DNA of 20,000 bases, from IMG/VR virus record IMGVR_UViG_3300035501_001058. One strand, 5' to 3'. A program made the translations under genes and the position numbers. This DNA comes from an uncultured virus (IMG/VR IMGVR_UViG_3300035501_001058) (Duplodnaviria > Heunggongvirae > Uroviricota > Caudoviricetes). Shown piece by piece: positions 9,846-17,938 of this stretch. The notes under the pieces are model-generated. The model saw only the letters and a list, made by a program, of their open reading frames with translations. It was not told the DNA's origin and did no database searches. Within the stretch, counting starts at the first letter, position 1, and each line of letters starts with the position of its first letter.

Positions 9846-11037
9846 ATTTGCTCTCGCTATAGCTCTGTGCAGTTTATTAACTGGCTGTACTAAGCAAACT
9901 GAGCCGGTAGATGTTGCAACAAATACAACAGAAGTTGTTGCAACATCAGGTGATGCAACAACCGAGCAAGGTGTTCATTATGATATTTTTGAAAATAATC
10001 CTGTTGTGTTTGATTCTAATGTACAAATTCCTATTATGAAAGATTCCCAGATATCAGGTTGGTTAAACATAAATTATGTAGAAAAACTTGGTATTTGGGA
10101 TATCAATAATAAATCTGCAACAGATAATGGTGTAAAATTCAGTTATGCTATAAATTACTCTATTGATTTAACAGAATATCTGGAAGCAAATGAATTAATA
10201 GAAGTTAAAGTGACTCCTAAATTATACGATAATGCAAATAATTTAGTTGGCTCTGTCGGATACGTAGGTTGGTCTGGCTTCACTGATACAGTTAGTTTAT
10301 ACAAGAGTAAAGCCTCTGGTTATGCTGAAGTAGTTTTACAACCATACGATAAAGACATAAATAATTATAAATCATTAGTATTAGAAATAGCTGATCTAAA
10401 TGGTGAAGTACAATTTGATGATGTATACATAGATGTAGGTTGTCTGTTAAATGCAAAAGATGGTCCAAGCATAATGACATTAGACGATACAGCAACTATA
10501 GAAAGTATTAATGGTGCTATTTATACTATTAGTTTTCGTGATGTTTATTATGAACTAAATGATGTAAGCAACACTAAATTAGGTGATGATAAAATGGATT
10601 ATTTTTATGACTTTACTTGTATAGTATCATATAAGCAACAGCCAACTAATGATATAGAGGTTACTACTTTTGACTCTTTTAATAATTTTGCAATGATAAA
10701 AATGCCATTAATTGAAGTCTTTAGTGATACAGATAGCACTAAGCTTTATAATGTGGTTGAAGGTGTAAAGCGCTATGTATACAGTGATAGCAACGATTTA
10801 GAAGAATACTTAACTGAGTTTCCTAGTGCTCTTGATGTAGGATACAGGGCCATAGTTAGTCAAAATAGAATTGTTCCAGAAACGACTGTTGAAGAGCCTA
10901 CTTATATAAGGATAGTTCTACAATTTCCCGAAGAAATAAAATCAAGAAGCTACTCAGAAATATCAGAATTTTCTGGTCGATATCTCGTTTGGCAATTGCC
11001 TTTATCTACACGAAGTCTGGAGGCGAAACCAAAATGA
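9829..11037 (+). CDS. Putative lipoprotein, 402 aa
   Basis: LAIALCSLLTGC lipobox, T-rich linker, beta-rich body including PKLYDNANNLVG (FxLYD-like). Confidence 0.8.
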   Translation: MLRVHRFALAIALCSLLTGCTKQTEPVDVATNTTEVVATSGDATTEQGVHYDIFENNPVVFDSNVQIPIMKDSQISGWLNINYVEKLGIWDINNKSATDNGVKFSYAINYSIDLTEYLEANELIEVKVTPKLYDNANNLVGSVGYVGWSGFTDTVSLYKSKASGYAEVVLQPYDKDINNYKSLVLEIADLNGEVQFDDVYIDVGCLLNAKDGPSIMTLDDTATIESINGAIYTISFRDVYYELNDVSNTKLGDDKMDYFYDFTCIVSYKQQPTNDIEVTTFDSFNNFAMIKMPLIEVFSDTDSTKLYNVVEGVKRYVYSDSNDLEEYLTEFPSALDVGYRAIVSQNRIVPETTVEEPTYIRIVLQFPEEIKSRSYSEISEFSGRYLVWQLPLSTRSLEAKPK

Positions 11038-12035
11038 AAAAGATAATATTGATAGCTATACTGATACTGTGTACTGCATGTAGCTCTAATAACTTTAGTT
11101 ATGATAATTCATTGAAAGCACTTGTTGAAGAATATAACAAAGACGGCACCGTAGCAACCGACGAATTAGAAACTTTGATGCTAGATAAATCTAGCAGTTA
11201 TAAAAAATTAATAAGGTCATTAAAGCAAAGTGCACAGATAGTTGATTATGCATCAGATGGTACTTCTATCAAATGTCAAGTAAGTTTTATTGGATATGAA
11301 AATGCCTGTAATTTGATGGCAAGTGATAAGTCTGGATTTGTGCACGATATTAGAAATTTAAAAAGTCTTGATATGTCAATGGAAGACTTACAAGAATATG
11401 CTTATGATTATTTATACCTACTTATTGATAAATGTAACACTGCTACATATGAAGTTACATTAAGCCTGACTCAGTGTACTAATGCTCCATTCGAGTTTAG
11501 TTCTAATAAGCCAATTATTGAAATTATTGAGACAGAAGTAGATAAAATAGTATACGATAGTATACAAATGGCATTAGAGGTTTCTGATGATGAAGAGACT
11601 TCTAATAATAAAATTGAATATCGAAAGATGGAAGTTGGTAAATCTTACTTGCTTAATTATGCAGTAGATGATAAAACCACTGTACCAGTTATACTTACTA
11701 TTAAGTCTTTACAGACTGGTGAAGATGCAGTAAATGCAATAAATGATTTAAGTATAACTAATAGTTCTCTGATTAGTAGTAATGTCTGCTATCTTGAATA
11801 TGAAGTCTATAATTGTAGCAATCAAGATATTATTTTTAGCGATAAATTTTATGATGCAGATATTTCACTATGTAATTTATTTATAGACGATACAAAATAT
11901 GTTGGATTAAATAAGACTTGTAATATTAATGCTGGCTCAACCACTATGATAAATAGTATATCCAAGATGAATCACGATGGTTTAGTATGGTATGATAGTC
12001 AAGCTTCTGAGTTGTACCTTCTAAACTATAAATAA
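11034..12035 (+). CDS. Putative lipoprotein, 333 aa, possible DUF4352-like C-terminal domain
   Basis: GGAGG SD and ATGA overlap give the start MKKIILIAILILCTAC (lipobox). The C-terminal VILTIKSLQTGEDAVNAI...YLEYEVYN pattern is the basis for the tentative domain call. Confidence 0.75.
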   Translation: MKKIILIAILILCTACSSNNFSYDNSLKALVEEYNKDGTVATDELETLMLDKSSSYKKLIRSLKQSAQIVDYASDGTSIKCQVSFIGYENACNLMASDKSGFVHDIRNLKSLDMSMEDLQEYAYDYLYLLIDKCNTATYEVTLSLTQCTNAPFEFSSNKPIIEIIETEVDKIVYDSIQMALEVSDDEETSNNKIEYRKMEVGKSYLLNYAVDDKTTVPVILTIKSLQTGEDAVNAINDLSITNSSLISSNVCYLEYEVYNCSNQDIIFSDKFYDADISLCNLFIDDTKYVGLNKTCNINAGSTTMINSISKMNHDGLVWYDSQASELYLLNYK

Positions 12036-12051
12036 ATTCTAGGAGGTACTT

Positions 12052-12843
12052 ATGAGTACAATATTAATTTTTATAGATGCAGAGAATATGTCAAAATCGC
12101 AGGCATTGAAAGCATATGAGGAAGCTAAGAGAATGTCTTCACCAGAAGATATTATACTTGGTAAATTTTATGGTGTTAAAGAGAATCTTGGTGACCTTGT
12201 ACAATTTTATTTATCTTTGGGTTTTGAATTTGTTGACACTAGTATTTATGCAGAACAGAAAAAGAATTTAACGGATATGAAGATAATCACAGATACAGTT
12301 TTTGATATAGTCAACGTATTTCCAAATGAGTTAAAAGCTGTTTTTATCTTGAGTAATGATTGCGACTTTAATCCGTTAATTTGCAAATTGAAAGCATACA
12401 ACACACAGGTAATTGGTGCTTCTTCTTTTTTATTTGGGTCTATAGACTCAGTAGATGCATTAGCAAGTTATTTAAAGATTCAAAGATTTACACCTGCATC
12501 AGTACATACTATTAATAATGTACTATATGATAGTATAGTTGATTTAACAAGAGATATGTTATTAGATGATACGTTAATTATTAAATTTTTGCGTACAAGA
12601 ATAAATAAGTTAGCAAGTGCAACTTTAGCTAAATACAGATATGCTATGAGAGAATTGTCTGATGATGAAATTAGACAATTCTCTTTTGCTTCATACAACA
12701 ACTTACTAGAACAAGCAGGATACTGTAACGTGGAAGAAAATTTAAAGTTATTTACTAACAAGATGTTTGGTTCAACTTTAGATAAAAACGGAGTTGCACA
12801 AGTAGTAATGAAGATTAGAGGTGATAATAATGCAATTAACTGA
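12052..12843 (+). CDS. NYN-domain (LabA/DUF88, PIN-like) putative ribonuclease
   Basis: IFIDAEN, KKNLTDMKIITD and LSNDCDFNPL acidic motifs; AGGAGG SD; extra C-terminal domain of about 130 aa. Confidence 0.88.
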   Translation: MSTILIFIDAENMSKSQALKAYEEAKRMSSPEDIILGKFYGVKENLGDLVQFYLSLGFEFVDTSIYAEQKKNLTDMKIITDTVFDIVNVFPNELKAVFILSNDCDFNPLICKLKAYNTQVIGASSFLFGSIDSVDALASYLKIQRFTPASVHTINNVLYDSIVDLTRDMLLDDTLIIKFLRTRINKLASATLAKYRYAMRELSDDEIRQFSFASYNNLLEQAGYCNVEENLKLFTNKMFGSTLDKNGVAQVVMKIRGDNNAIN

Positions 12844-13840
12844 TGCTAATTTTTTAGGAGATATTAAATCTGATAAAGAAACGCCTAAGGAAGAGAAAGT
12901 ATTATCACAGGCGGATACTAATTTTTTGGAAGAGTTTGATACTGTATCTATTGTAACCGTTGATAAAGATGATACAACAGTAAAATCAGATACTGCTGTA
13001 ATTAATAAAAATTCTGAGGATAAGATAGAAGAGCAAGAGCTAGAAAAAAAGTTAATTGAGCAACCTCTAGAAGAATTGGAATTTGATGCTGATGCTATCG
13101 AGAAAAAGAAAGAAACATCAGAAACATCACAGCAAGTAAACAGTACAGCAGATGAATCTACACAACTTAGTGAATTAAGTACATATGAAAAGTTGTGCTC
13201 AACTGCAGCAATACTTGATGATAAAGCTGAAGATGCTTTTTCGAGAGTGAAACAGAAAGCGAGTATTCTTGCTAACAGCGCTTTAGCAGTTTTTAATAAT
13301 AATAAAAATCTTAAAGTGTTTGAAAACGGTAAATTAGTCATTTGTGGAGATTTTGAATTTTTGCTACATAAAGATGAATTAATGTTATTGAAATACACCG
13401 GCATGAGTTCTAGAGTTATTTGTCCGGATGAAGTTGGTGGAAAACCTGTGAGATATATACATTCTAATGCTTTTAAAATTGGTCATTTTAATGGTACTAA
13501 TAAAATTAAAGCAGTGTTTAGGGTACTCAAGAATGAAGATATACTATTACATGATGTAGATAGTTTGAAATATGCTGCTATGCAAATAACATACTTGCAA
13601 TTGCCAGTTGGTTTACAGTTTATACCAAATGATTTATTTAGATTTTGTCCAGGACTATACTCTATAGAGATACCACAAAGTGTAGTTAGTATAGCCCCGG
13701 CAGCGTTTAATAATAGCAAACTTAATACAATTTTCTTTAGTAATAATTGTGTTAAAAATATGAAGTTTGTTAAATTTCAAGAAAATACCAGGTTATTTGT
13801 AAAGAAAAATGTCGTTCGTTCTTACAGGGTGGTGAGCTAA
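12830..13840 (+). CDS. BspA/TpLRR-type leucine-rich repeat protein with acidic N-terminal region
   Basis: PDEVGGKPVRYIHSNAF, LQLPVGLQFIPNDLFRFCPGL and SIEIPQSVVSIAPAAFNNSKL repeats; GAGGTGA SD favours the ATG at 12830. Confidence 0.8.
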   Translation: MQLTDANFLGDIKSDKETPKEEKVLSQADTNFLEEFDTVSIVTVDKDDTTVKSDTAVINKNSEDKIEEQELEKKLIEQPLEELEFDADAIEKKKETSETSQQVNSTADESTQLSELSTYEKLCSTAAILDDKAEDAFSRVKQKASILANSALAVFNNNKNLKVFENGKLVICGDFEFLLHKDELMLLKYTGMSSRVICPDEVGGKPVRYIHSNAFKIGHFNGTNKIKAVFRVLKNEDILLHDVDSLKYAAMQITYLQLPVGLQFIPNDLFRFCPGLYSIEIPQSVVSIAPAAFNNSKLNTIFFSNNCVKNMKFVKFQENTRLFVKKNVVRSYRVVS

Positions 13841-14193
13841 TGAGTGAAAAACTTGTAAAGGTACTTTGGAAAGTAGACATAGTAATAGTACTAGTTAAAT
13901 TTGTTTTGGCTTGGATCAGTACATTAGGAGATATTACTTTTAGTAAGATATGGAATAAGAAACTCAGTGTTCTCTTTGATGTGCAATCTATCAAGACTAT
14001 AATGTTTCAACGCAATCTAACTTTTTGGATAATACTTGCTTTAGTCAATGTTCTAATAATCGGTATGTGGTTATTATCTTCTAATGGTAAAAAGCAAAAA
14101 GAAGACACTGCAGAAACAAAAGTAATTATTGTGCCACAAAACAATGATAGTACTGTAAAACAGCATGAAGAAACAGAAATGAAAGTATTCTAG
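13840..14193 (+). CDS. Small membrane protein (2 TM) with polar tail
   Basis: Two hydrophobic segments, TAATG coupling, tail ending EMKVF. Confidence 0.75.
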   Translation: MSEKLVKVLWKVDIVIVLVKFVLAWISTLGDITFSKIWNKKLSVLFDVQSIKTIMFQRNLTFWIILALVNVLIIGMWLLSSNGKKQKEDTAETKVIIVPQNNDSTVKQHEETEMKVF

Positions 14194-14204
14194 GGGGAAT
14201 AGAA

Positions 14205-14585
14205 ATGAATAAAGTACAATCGCTCTTTTTACTTATAATTATTGATGCAATAGTACTAGTGTACTGTTTCAAAGCAACTATAACCTTATTGATTTTACCA
14301 GACAAGTTAGTTACGTGGTTATTCGATAAAGTCTTTAAAACCTTAGATATGGGTAGTACCACAATGGTTGTAGCTGCAGCAGAAGCAGCGTCCCATAAGA
14401 CTAGTTTGATAGTTTTATTAATAGTAAATATTCTAGTAATAGTTTTTAAATTATTAGCCTCAAAAGGCAGAAAAAGATCCAAATCAAATGGCACTAAGCA
14501 GTTATTAACTACTGTAAATAATGCACAGACTACTTCTGTTGAGCCGGATTTAGCAGAACGAAATAAAGATCTTAATGTTTTTTAA
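14205..14585 (+). CDS. Small membrane protein (2 TM) with polar tail
   Basis: AGGGGG SD, two hydrophobic segments, tail ending DLNVF. Confidence 0.75.
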   Translation: MNKVQSLFLLIIIDAIVLVYCFKATITLLILPDKLVTWLFDKVFKTLDMGSTTMVVAAAEAASHKTSLIVLLIVNILVIVFKLLASKGRKRSKSNGTKQLLTTVNNAQTTSVEPDLAERNKDLNVF

Positions 14586-14587
14586 TC

Positions 14588-14622
14588 AAATTCTAGTGGT
14601 GTAGTAGCCACTAGAATTTTTT
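14588..14622 (+). terminator. Strong Rho-independent terminator-like hairpin
   Basis: AAATTCTAGTGGT-gtagta-GCCACTAGAATTT followed by TTT, immediately after the stop codon. Confidence 0.8.
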
Positions 14623-14634
14623 AGGAGGTAAATT

Positions 14635-15033
14635 ATGTTGGTTTATAGTCCAGATGATGTAATGAAAATGAATAGTGCTAATGCAATTATTACAAAATAT
14701 AATCATAGTCACAGAGTAAAGGCTATTTATTTTATGGCGCTAGGGTTGGATAGATTTATACCAGAACTATGGTTTAAACGTTTGCTCTTTAGTGAAGATA
14801 GCGAAGAATATGTTGGATACATGGATTATTATTTAGATCCATGTGCAAATTTTACATGCAGGATAATGGATATTGAATTAGATGATTGTAGTAAAACCGA
14901 TATTGAAGAATTAGAAATTTATCTAAGACAGTATGGTACAACAATACAATTCTTAATAAAAGATGAAAGAGATAAAAGGCTAGCATCGATATTTTCGGAT
15001 GCAGTAGAAAAGATTTATAAGGAGGATTTATAA
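14635..15033 (+). CDS. Hypothetical protein, 132 aa
   Basis: AGGAGGT SD; ORF. Confidence 0.75.
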   Translation: MLVYSPDDVMKMNSANAIITKYNHSHRVKAIYFMALGLDRFIPELWFKRLLFSEDSEEYVGYMDYYLDPCANFTCRIMDIELDDCSKTDIEELEIYLRQYGTTIQFLIKDERDKRLASIFSDAVEKIYKEDL

Positions 15034-15034
15034 A

Positions 15035-15457
15035 ATGGTAGTTTATTATGTTAATAAAAATAGTTTAGGTGTTGAAGTTTTCAATGGTATAAATGATTTG
15101 CTCAATAATGTAGATAATAGAGATACATTAAAAAATGCAGATTTAATGAGTTTGCGCTCAGGAGAATTATTTATAGAGAGGATTAATAGTGTCGAGCAGC
15201 TTAAAGAGTTTGTTTTGCAGATACCAGCTAAAAGTAAGGATTTTGATTTAGAGGTATACAGAGAACCAATGCAGACATTTATAGGTAAAGAAGCTGTTAT
15301 TAACAAGATTAAAGAAAAATATGATATTGATGATGGGCTTATAAATGAAATGTTATTTATTATGAAGCCGGATTGTTTTTATGGTTTGTTATCTAAACGA
15401 GAATTTAACGAGGAACTTGATACTGTACATAATATGGTGCTTCAGGAGGTAGAATAA
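15035..15457 (+). CDS. Hypothetical protein, 140 aa
   Basis: AAGGAGG SD; TAATG-coupled to rnz. Confidence 0.75.
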   Translation: MVVYYVNKNSLGVEVFNGINDLLNNVDNRDTLKNADLMSLRSGELFIERINSVEQLKEFVLQIPAKSKDFDLEVYREPMQTFIGKEAVINKIKEKYDIDDGLINEMLFIMKPDCFYGLLSKREFNEELDTVHNMVLQEVE

Positions 15458-16365
15458 TGATTTCTGTTTCTATACTTGGTACTAGTGGTATGACACCGTT
15501 ACCAAATAGGCATTTAAGCTCATGTGTCTTTAGACATGATGGTGTACAGTTTTTAATTGATTGTGGGGAAGGCACACAGGTAGCTTTAAAAGAGGCAGGA
15601 TATAGTTTAAAGAAGATTGATTATATCCTTTTAACTCATTATCATACAGATCATGTTGGAGGCTTGGCAGGTTTATTGGCTAGTATGGCTAATAGTGAAA
15701 AGGATAATACAGTTACCATAATAGGTCCTAAAGGTTTAAATCGAGTGGTAAATGCTGTAAAGAGCTTAGTGTCTAAATTACCATTCACCATAAAAACTAT
15801 TGAAATAGTTGATGAAGATGTAGTCTTAGAGTTAAATGGACTTAAGATAACACCTTTTTCTGTAGAACATAAGATTCCTTGCTTTGGATACAAAGTTATA
15901 CTGCCAAGAGAGGGCAAATGCTTACCAGAAAAGGCAGCTAGTAATGATGTTCCAATAGAGATTTGGAGTGAATTACAGCATAATAAAGTTGTTGAACGTG
16001 ATGGTAGAATTTTTACAAAAGATTTAATTATGACAGATGCAAGAAAAGAAATTAAGTTTGTTTACACTACTGACACAAGACCTTGTAATAATATTGTGGA
16101 AGCAGCAAAAAATGCAGACCTGTTTGTGTGTGAGGGTATGTATGGTGATTATGAACAAATAACGAAAGCAAAGAAGAATTATCACATGATGATGCAGGAA
16201 GCAGCAGAGATTGCATCAAAAGCCGGACCAGCAAAATTAGTTCTTACTCATTATAGCCCAAGTATGGTAAAACCTGAACAATACTTAAGTGAATTACGGT
16301 ATGTATTTAATAAGGTAGAAATGGGTTATGACGGTTACACAGTTGAGTTAGATTATGAGAAGTAG
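15457..16365 (+). CDS. rnz: Ribonuclease Z (tRNA 3'-processing metallo-beta-lactamase)
   Basis: LGTSGMTPLPNR, LIDCGEGTQ, THYHTDH (HxHxDH), EHKIPCFGY, exosite-length insertion, YTTDTRP, CEGMY and LTHYS motifs. Confidence 0.93.
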   Translation: MISVSILGTSGMTPLPNRHLSSCVFRHDGVQFLIDCGEGTQVALKEAGYSLKKIDYILLTHYHTDHVGGLAGLLASMANSEKDNTVTIIGPKGLNRVVNAVKSLVSKLPFTIKTIEIVDEDVVLELNGLKITPFSVEHKIPCFGYKVILPREGKCLPEKAASNDVPIEIWSELQHNKVVERDGRIFTKDLIMTDARKEIKFVYTTDTRPCNNIVEAAKNADLFVCEGMYGDYEQITKAKKNYHMMMQEAAEIASKAGPAKLVLTHYSPSMVKPEQYLSELRYVFNKVEMGYDGYTVELDYEK

Positions 16366-16382
16366 ATTGTGGGGGTGCTACT

Positions 16383-16937
16383 ATGAAGAATGAATTTGCG
16401 AAGACTCGTGAAGAGGAATTAGCTGAAGCTTTAAATAAGGAAAAAAAGAAACAGGCAACTAAGAAAATCATAGGTGCCGTAGTTGCTTTAATACTAGCAA
16501 TACTTTATTGTCCACTTCCTGACCCTTTACCCGGACCTGTAGATGATGCATCATTTCTAGGTGTAGCCTCTATATATTTGGTATACGCTATTCATTATGC
16601 AAGAAATGTTGCAGCCACATTAGTTGTCACTACACAATTAGTAAATCAGGCAGATAAGTCCATAGAAAATGCAACAGCAACAGCTAAAAGTGCTGTAGGG
16701 GTAACTAATAATGTTAAGGATATTGCAGTATCATTTAAAGATGCTGATTCTATTGATGAATTAGAAAAAAGAAAGCTGGCTGTGGATAATAGTATACAAG
16801 AAACTCAGAATAGATTTGAGAGCACCAAGCAATCTTTAGCAGAAACGCAAGAGATGTTTAATAGTTTAAAAAATAATAGAAAGACTAATGAGAGCGTAGA
16901 TAGTCTAGATACAATTCACACTCTAGATACATTTTAA
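16383..16937 (+). CDS. DUF1232/YkvA-like membrane protein with coiled-coil tail
   Basis: TM segment, LYCPLPDPLPGPVDD re-entrant motif, second TM, then coiled coil ending TLDTF. Confidence 0.65.
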   Translation: MKNEFAKTREEELAEALNKEKKKQATKKIIGAVVALILAILYCPLPDPLPGPVDDASFLGVASIYLVYAIHYARNVAATLVVTTQLVNQADKSIENATATAKSAVGVTNNVKDIAVSFKDADSIDELEKRKLAVDNSIQETQNRFESTKQSLAETQEMFNSLKNNRKTNESVDSLDTIHTLDTF

Positions 16938-16954
16938 TTGAAAGGAGATCAGCT

Positions 16955-17296
16955 ATGAAAGTTTCAAAAGAAGTGGAATATAAAAATTCTGTGGTAACTA
17001 TGCACTTGATGACTAAAAATGGTGGAGAAGAAGTTATAAAATGTGCTAAGATTTCATACTATGTTGATGACAATTTAATTGTACAAGGTAGTGGTGAAAT
17101 AATGATAAACAGAAGAGATAACTATCCTAAGATACATATAAAACAGCCAGATACTGGAGATTACACAGAGGATTTCCAGGAAAATTCTTGCATATTTTCT
17201 GAATTGGATGATGGTATTGTGAGAATAGAAACAAAGTATGTGCCAAAGTTCTTAGGTCATGAGATAAATGTCAAGGTTATAATTGTGACCTGTTAG
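16955..17296 (+). CDS. Hypothetical beta-rich protein, 113 aa
   Basis: AAAGGAG SD; ORF. Confidence 0.75.
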   Translation: MKVSKEVEYKNSVVTMHLMTKNGGEEVIKCAKISYYVDDNLIVQGSGEIMINRRDNYPKIHIKQPDTGDYTEDFQENSCIFSELDDGIVRIETKYVPKFLGHEINVKVIIVTC

Positions 17297-17304
17297 GAGG
17301 GCTC

Positions 17305-17790
17305 ATGCATTTTTGGTTTTTAGATGTAAGATTAGAAGATAATTACACCAGTAAGTTGTGTGACGATAATAAAATACAGCAGGATATACAAATCTTAATT
17401 GGGCATCAGTTGTGCAGTAAATGTGCTTCTGATGCCCAATTTACTTTATTAGAGTTGCAAGGATTACAGCGATATTTGATACAGGCAGATTTACCTATAA
17501 CCAGCTTGGACTCTAGGCATGTATATAATGAGCAAGTATTCTGCGAGAATCGTAATTTTTATTATGTTATGTTCAATGACACATGGCTGATTATAAGAGG
17601 TTTACATGATAGTTTTTCAATTAGATATGACTATGATTACACAAAAGAGAATGGTTGTTTAATTATAAAAAATCTCTTAGATGAAGACGCTAGTACAGAT
17701 AGCATTAATAAAACAATTGATAAGATAGTCACTCGATATATCGGAAAATATAGAAAGATCGCAGAAAGTAAATATTTGAAGATTTTTTAA
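17305..17790 (+). CDS. Hypothetical protein, 161 aa
   Basis: AGGAGG SD; ORF. Confidence 0.75.
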   Translation: MHFWFLDVRLEDNYTSKLCDDNKIQQDIQILIGHQLCSKCASDAQFTLLELQGLQRYLIQADLPITSLDSRHVYNEQVFCENRNFYYVMFNDTWLIIRGLHDSFSIRYDYDYTKENGCLIIKNLLDEDASTDSINKTIDKIVTRYIGKYRKIAESKYLKIF

Positions 17791-17808
17791 TATAGGAGGT
17801 ATTTACAA

Positions 17809-17910
17809 ATGCTTTATGTAAAAGCGTTAATACTAGCTTCGTTAATATCAGGGATATTAACTATTGCTACAATCATTACGCTAATTTGCATGATAATAAT
17901 ATCGAAATAA
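17809..17910 (+). CDS. 33-aa single-TM peptide (absent from ORF track)
   Basis: AGGAGGT SD, then MLYVKALILASLISGILTIATIITLICMIIISK*; fills the intergenic gap. Confidence 0.7.
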   Translation: MLYVKALILASLISGILTIATIITLICMIIISK

Positions 17911-17938
17911 AAATAATAGCAAGATCGGAGGAAACATA

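Noticed and set aside
10292..10495. 67-aa ORF listed within the 9829-11037 lipoprotein gene
   Set aside because: Fully nested, H/L-rich alternative-frame translation with no recognisable motif.
14602..14610. TAGTAGCCA resembling the integrase arm repeats
   Set aside because: Single copy about 5 kb from att and part of a terminator hairpin; probably chance.
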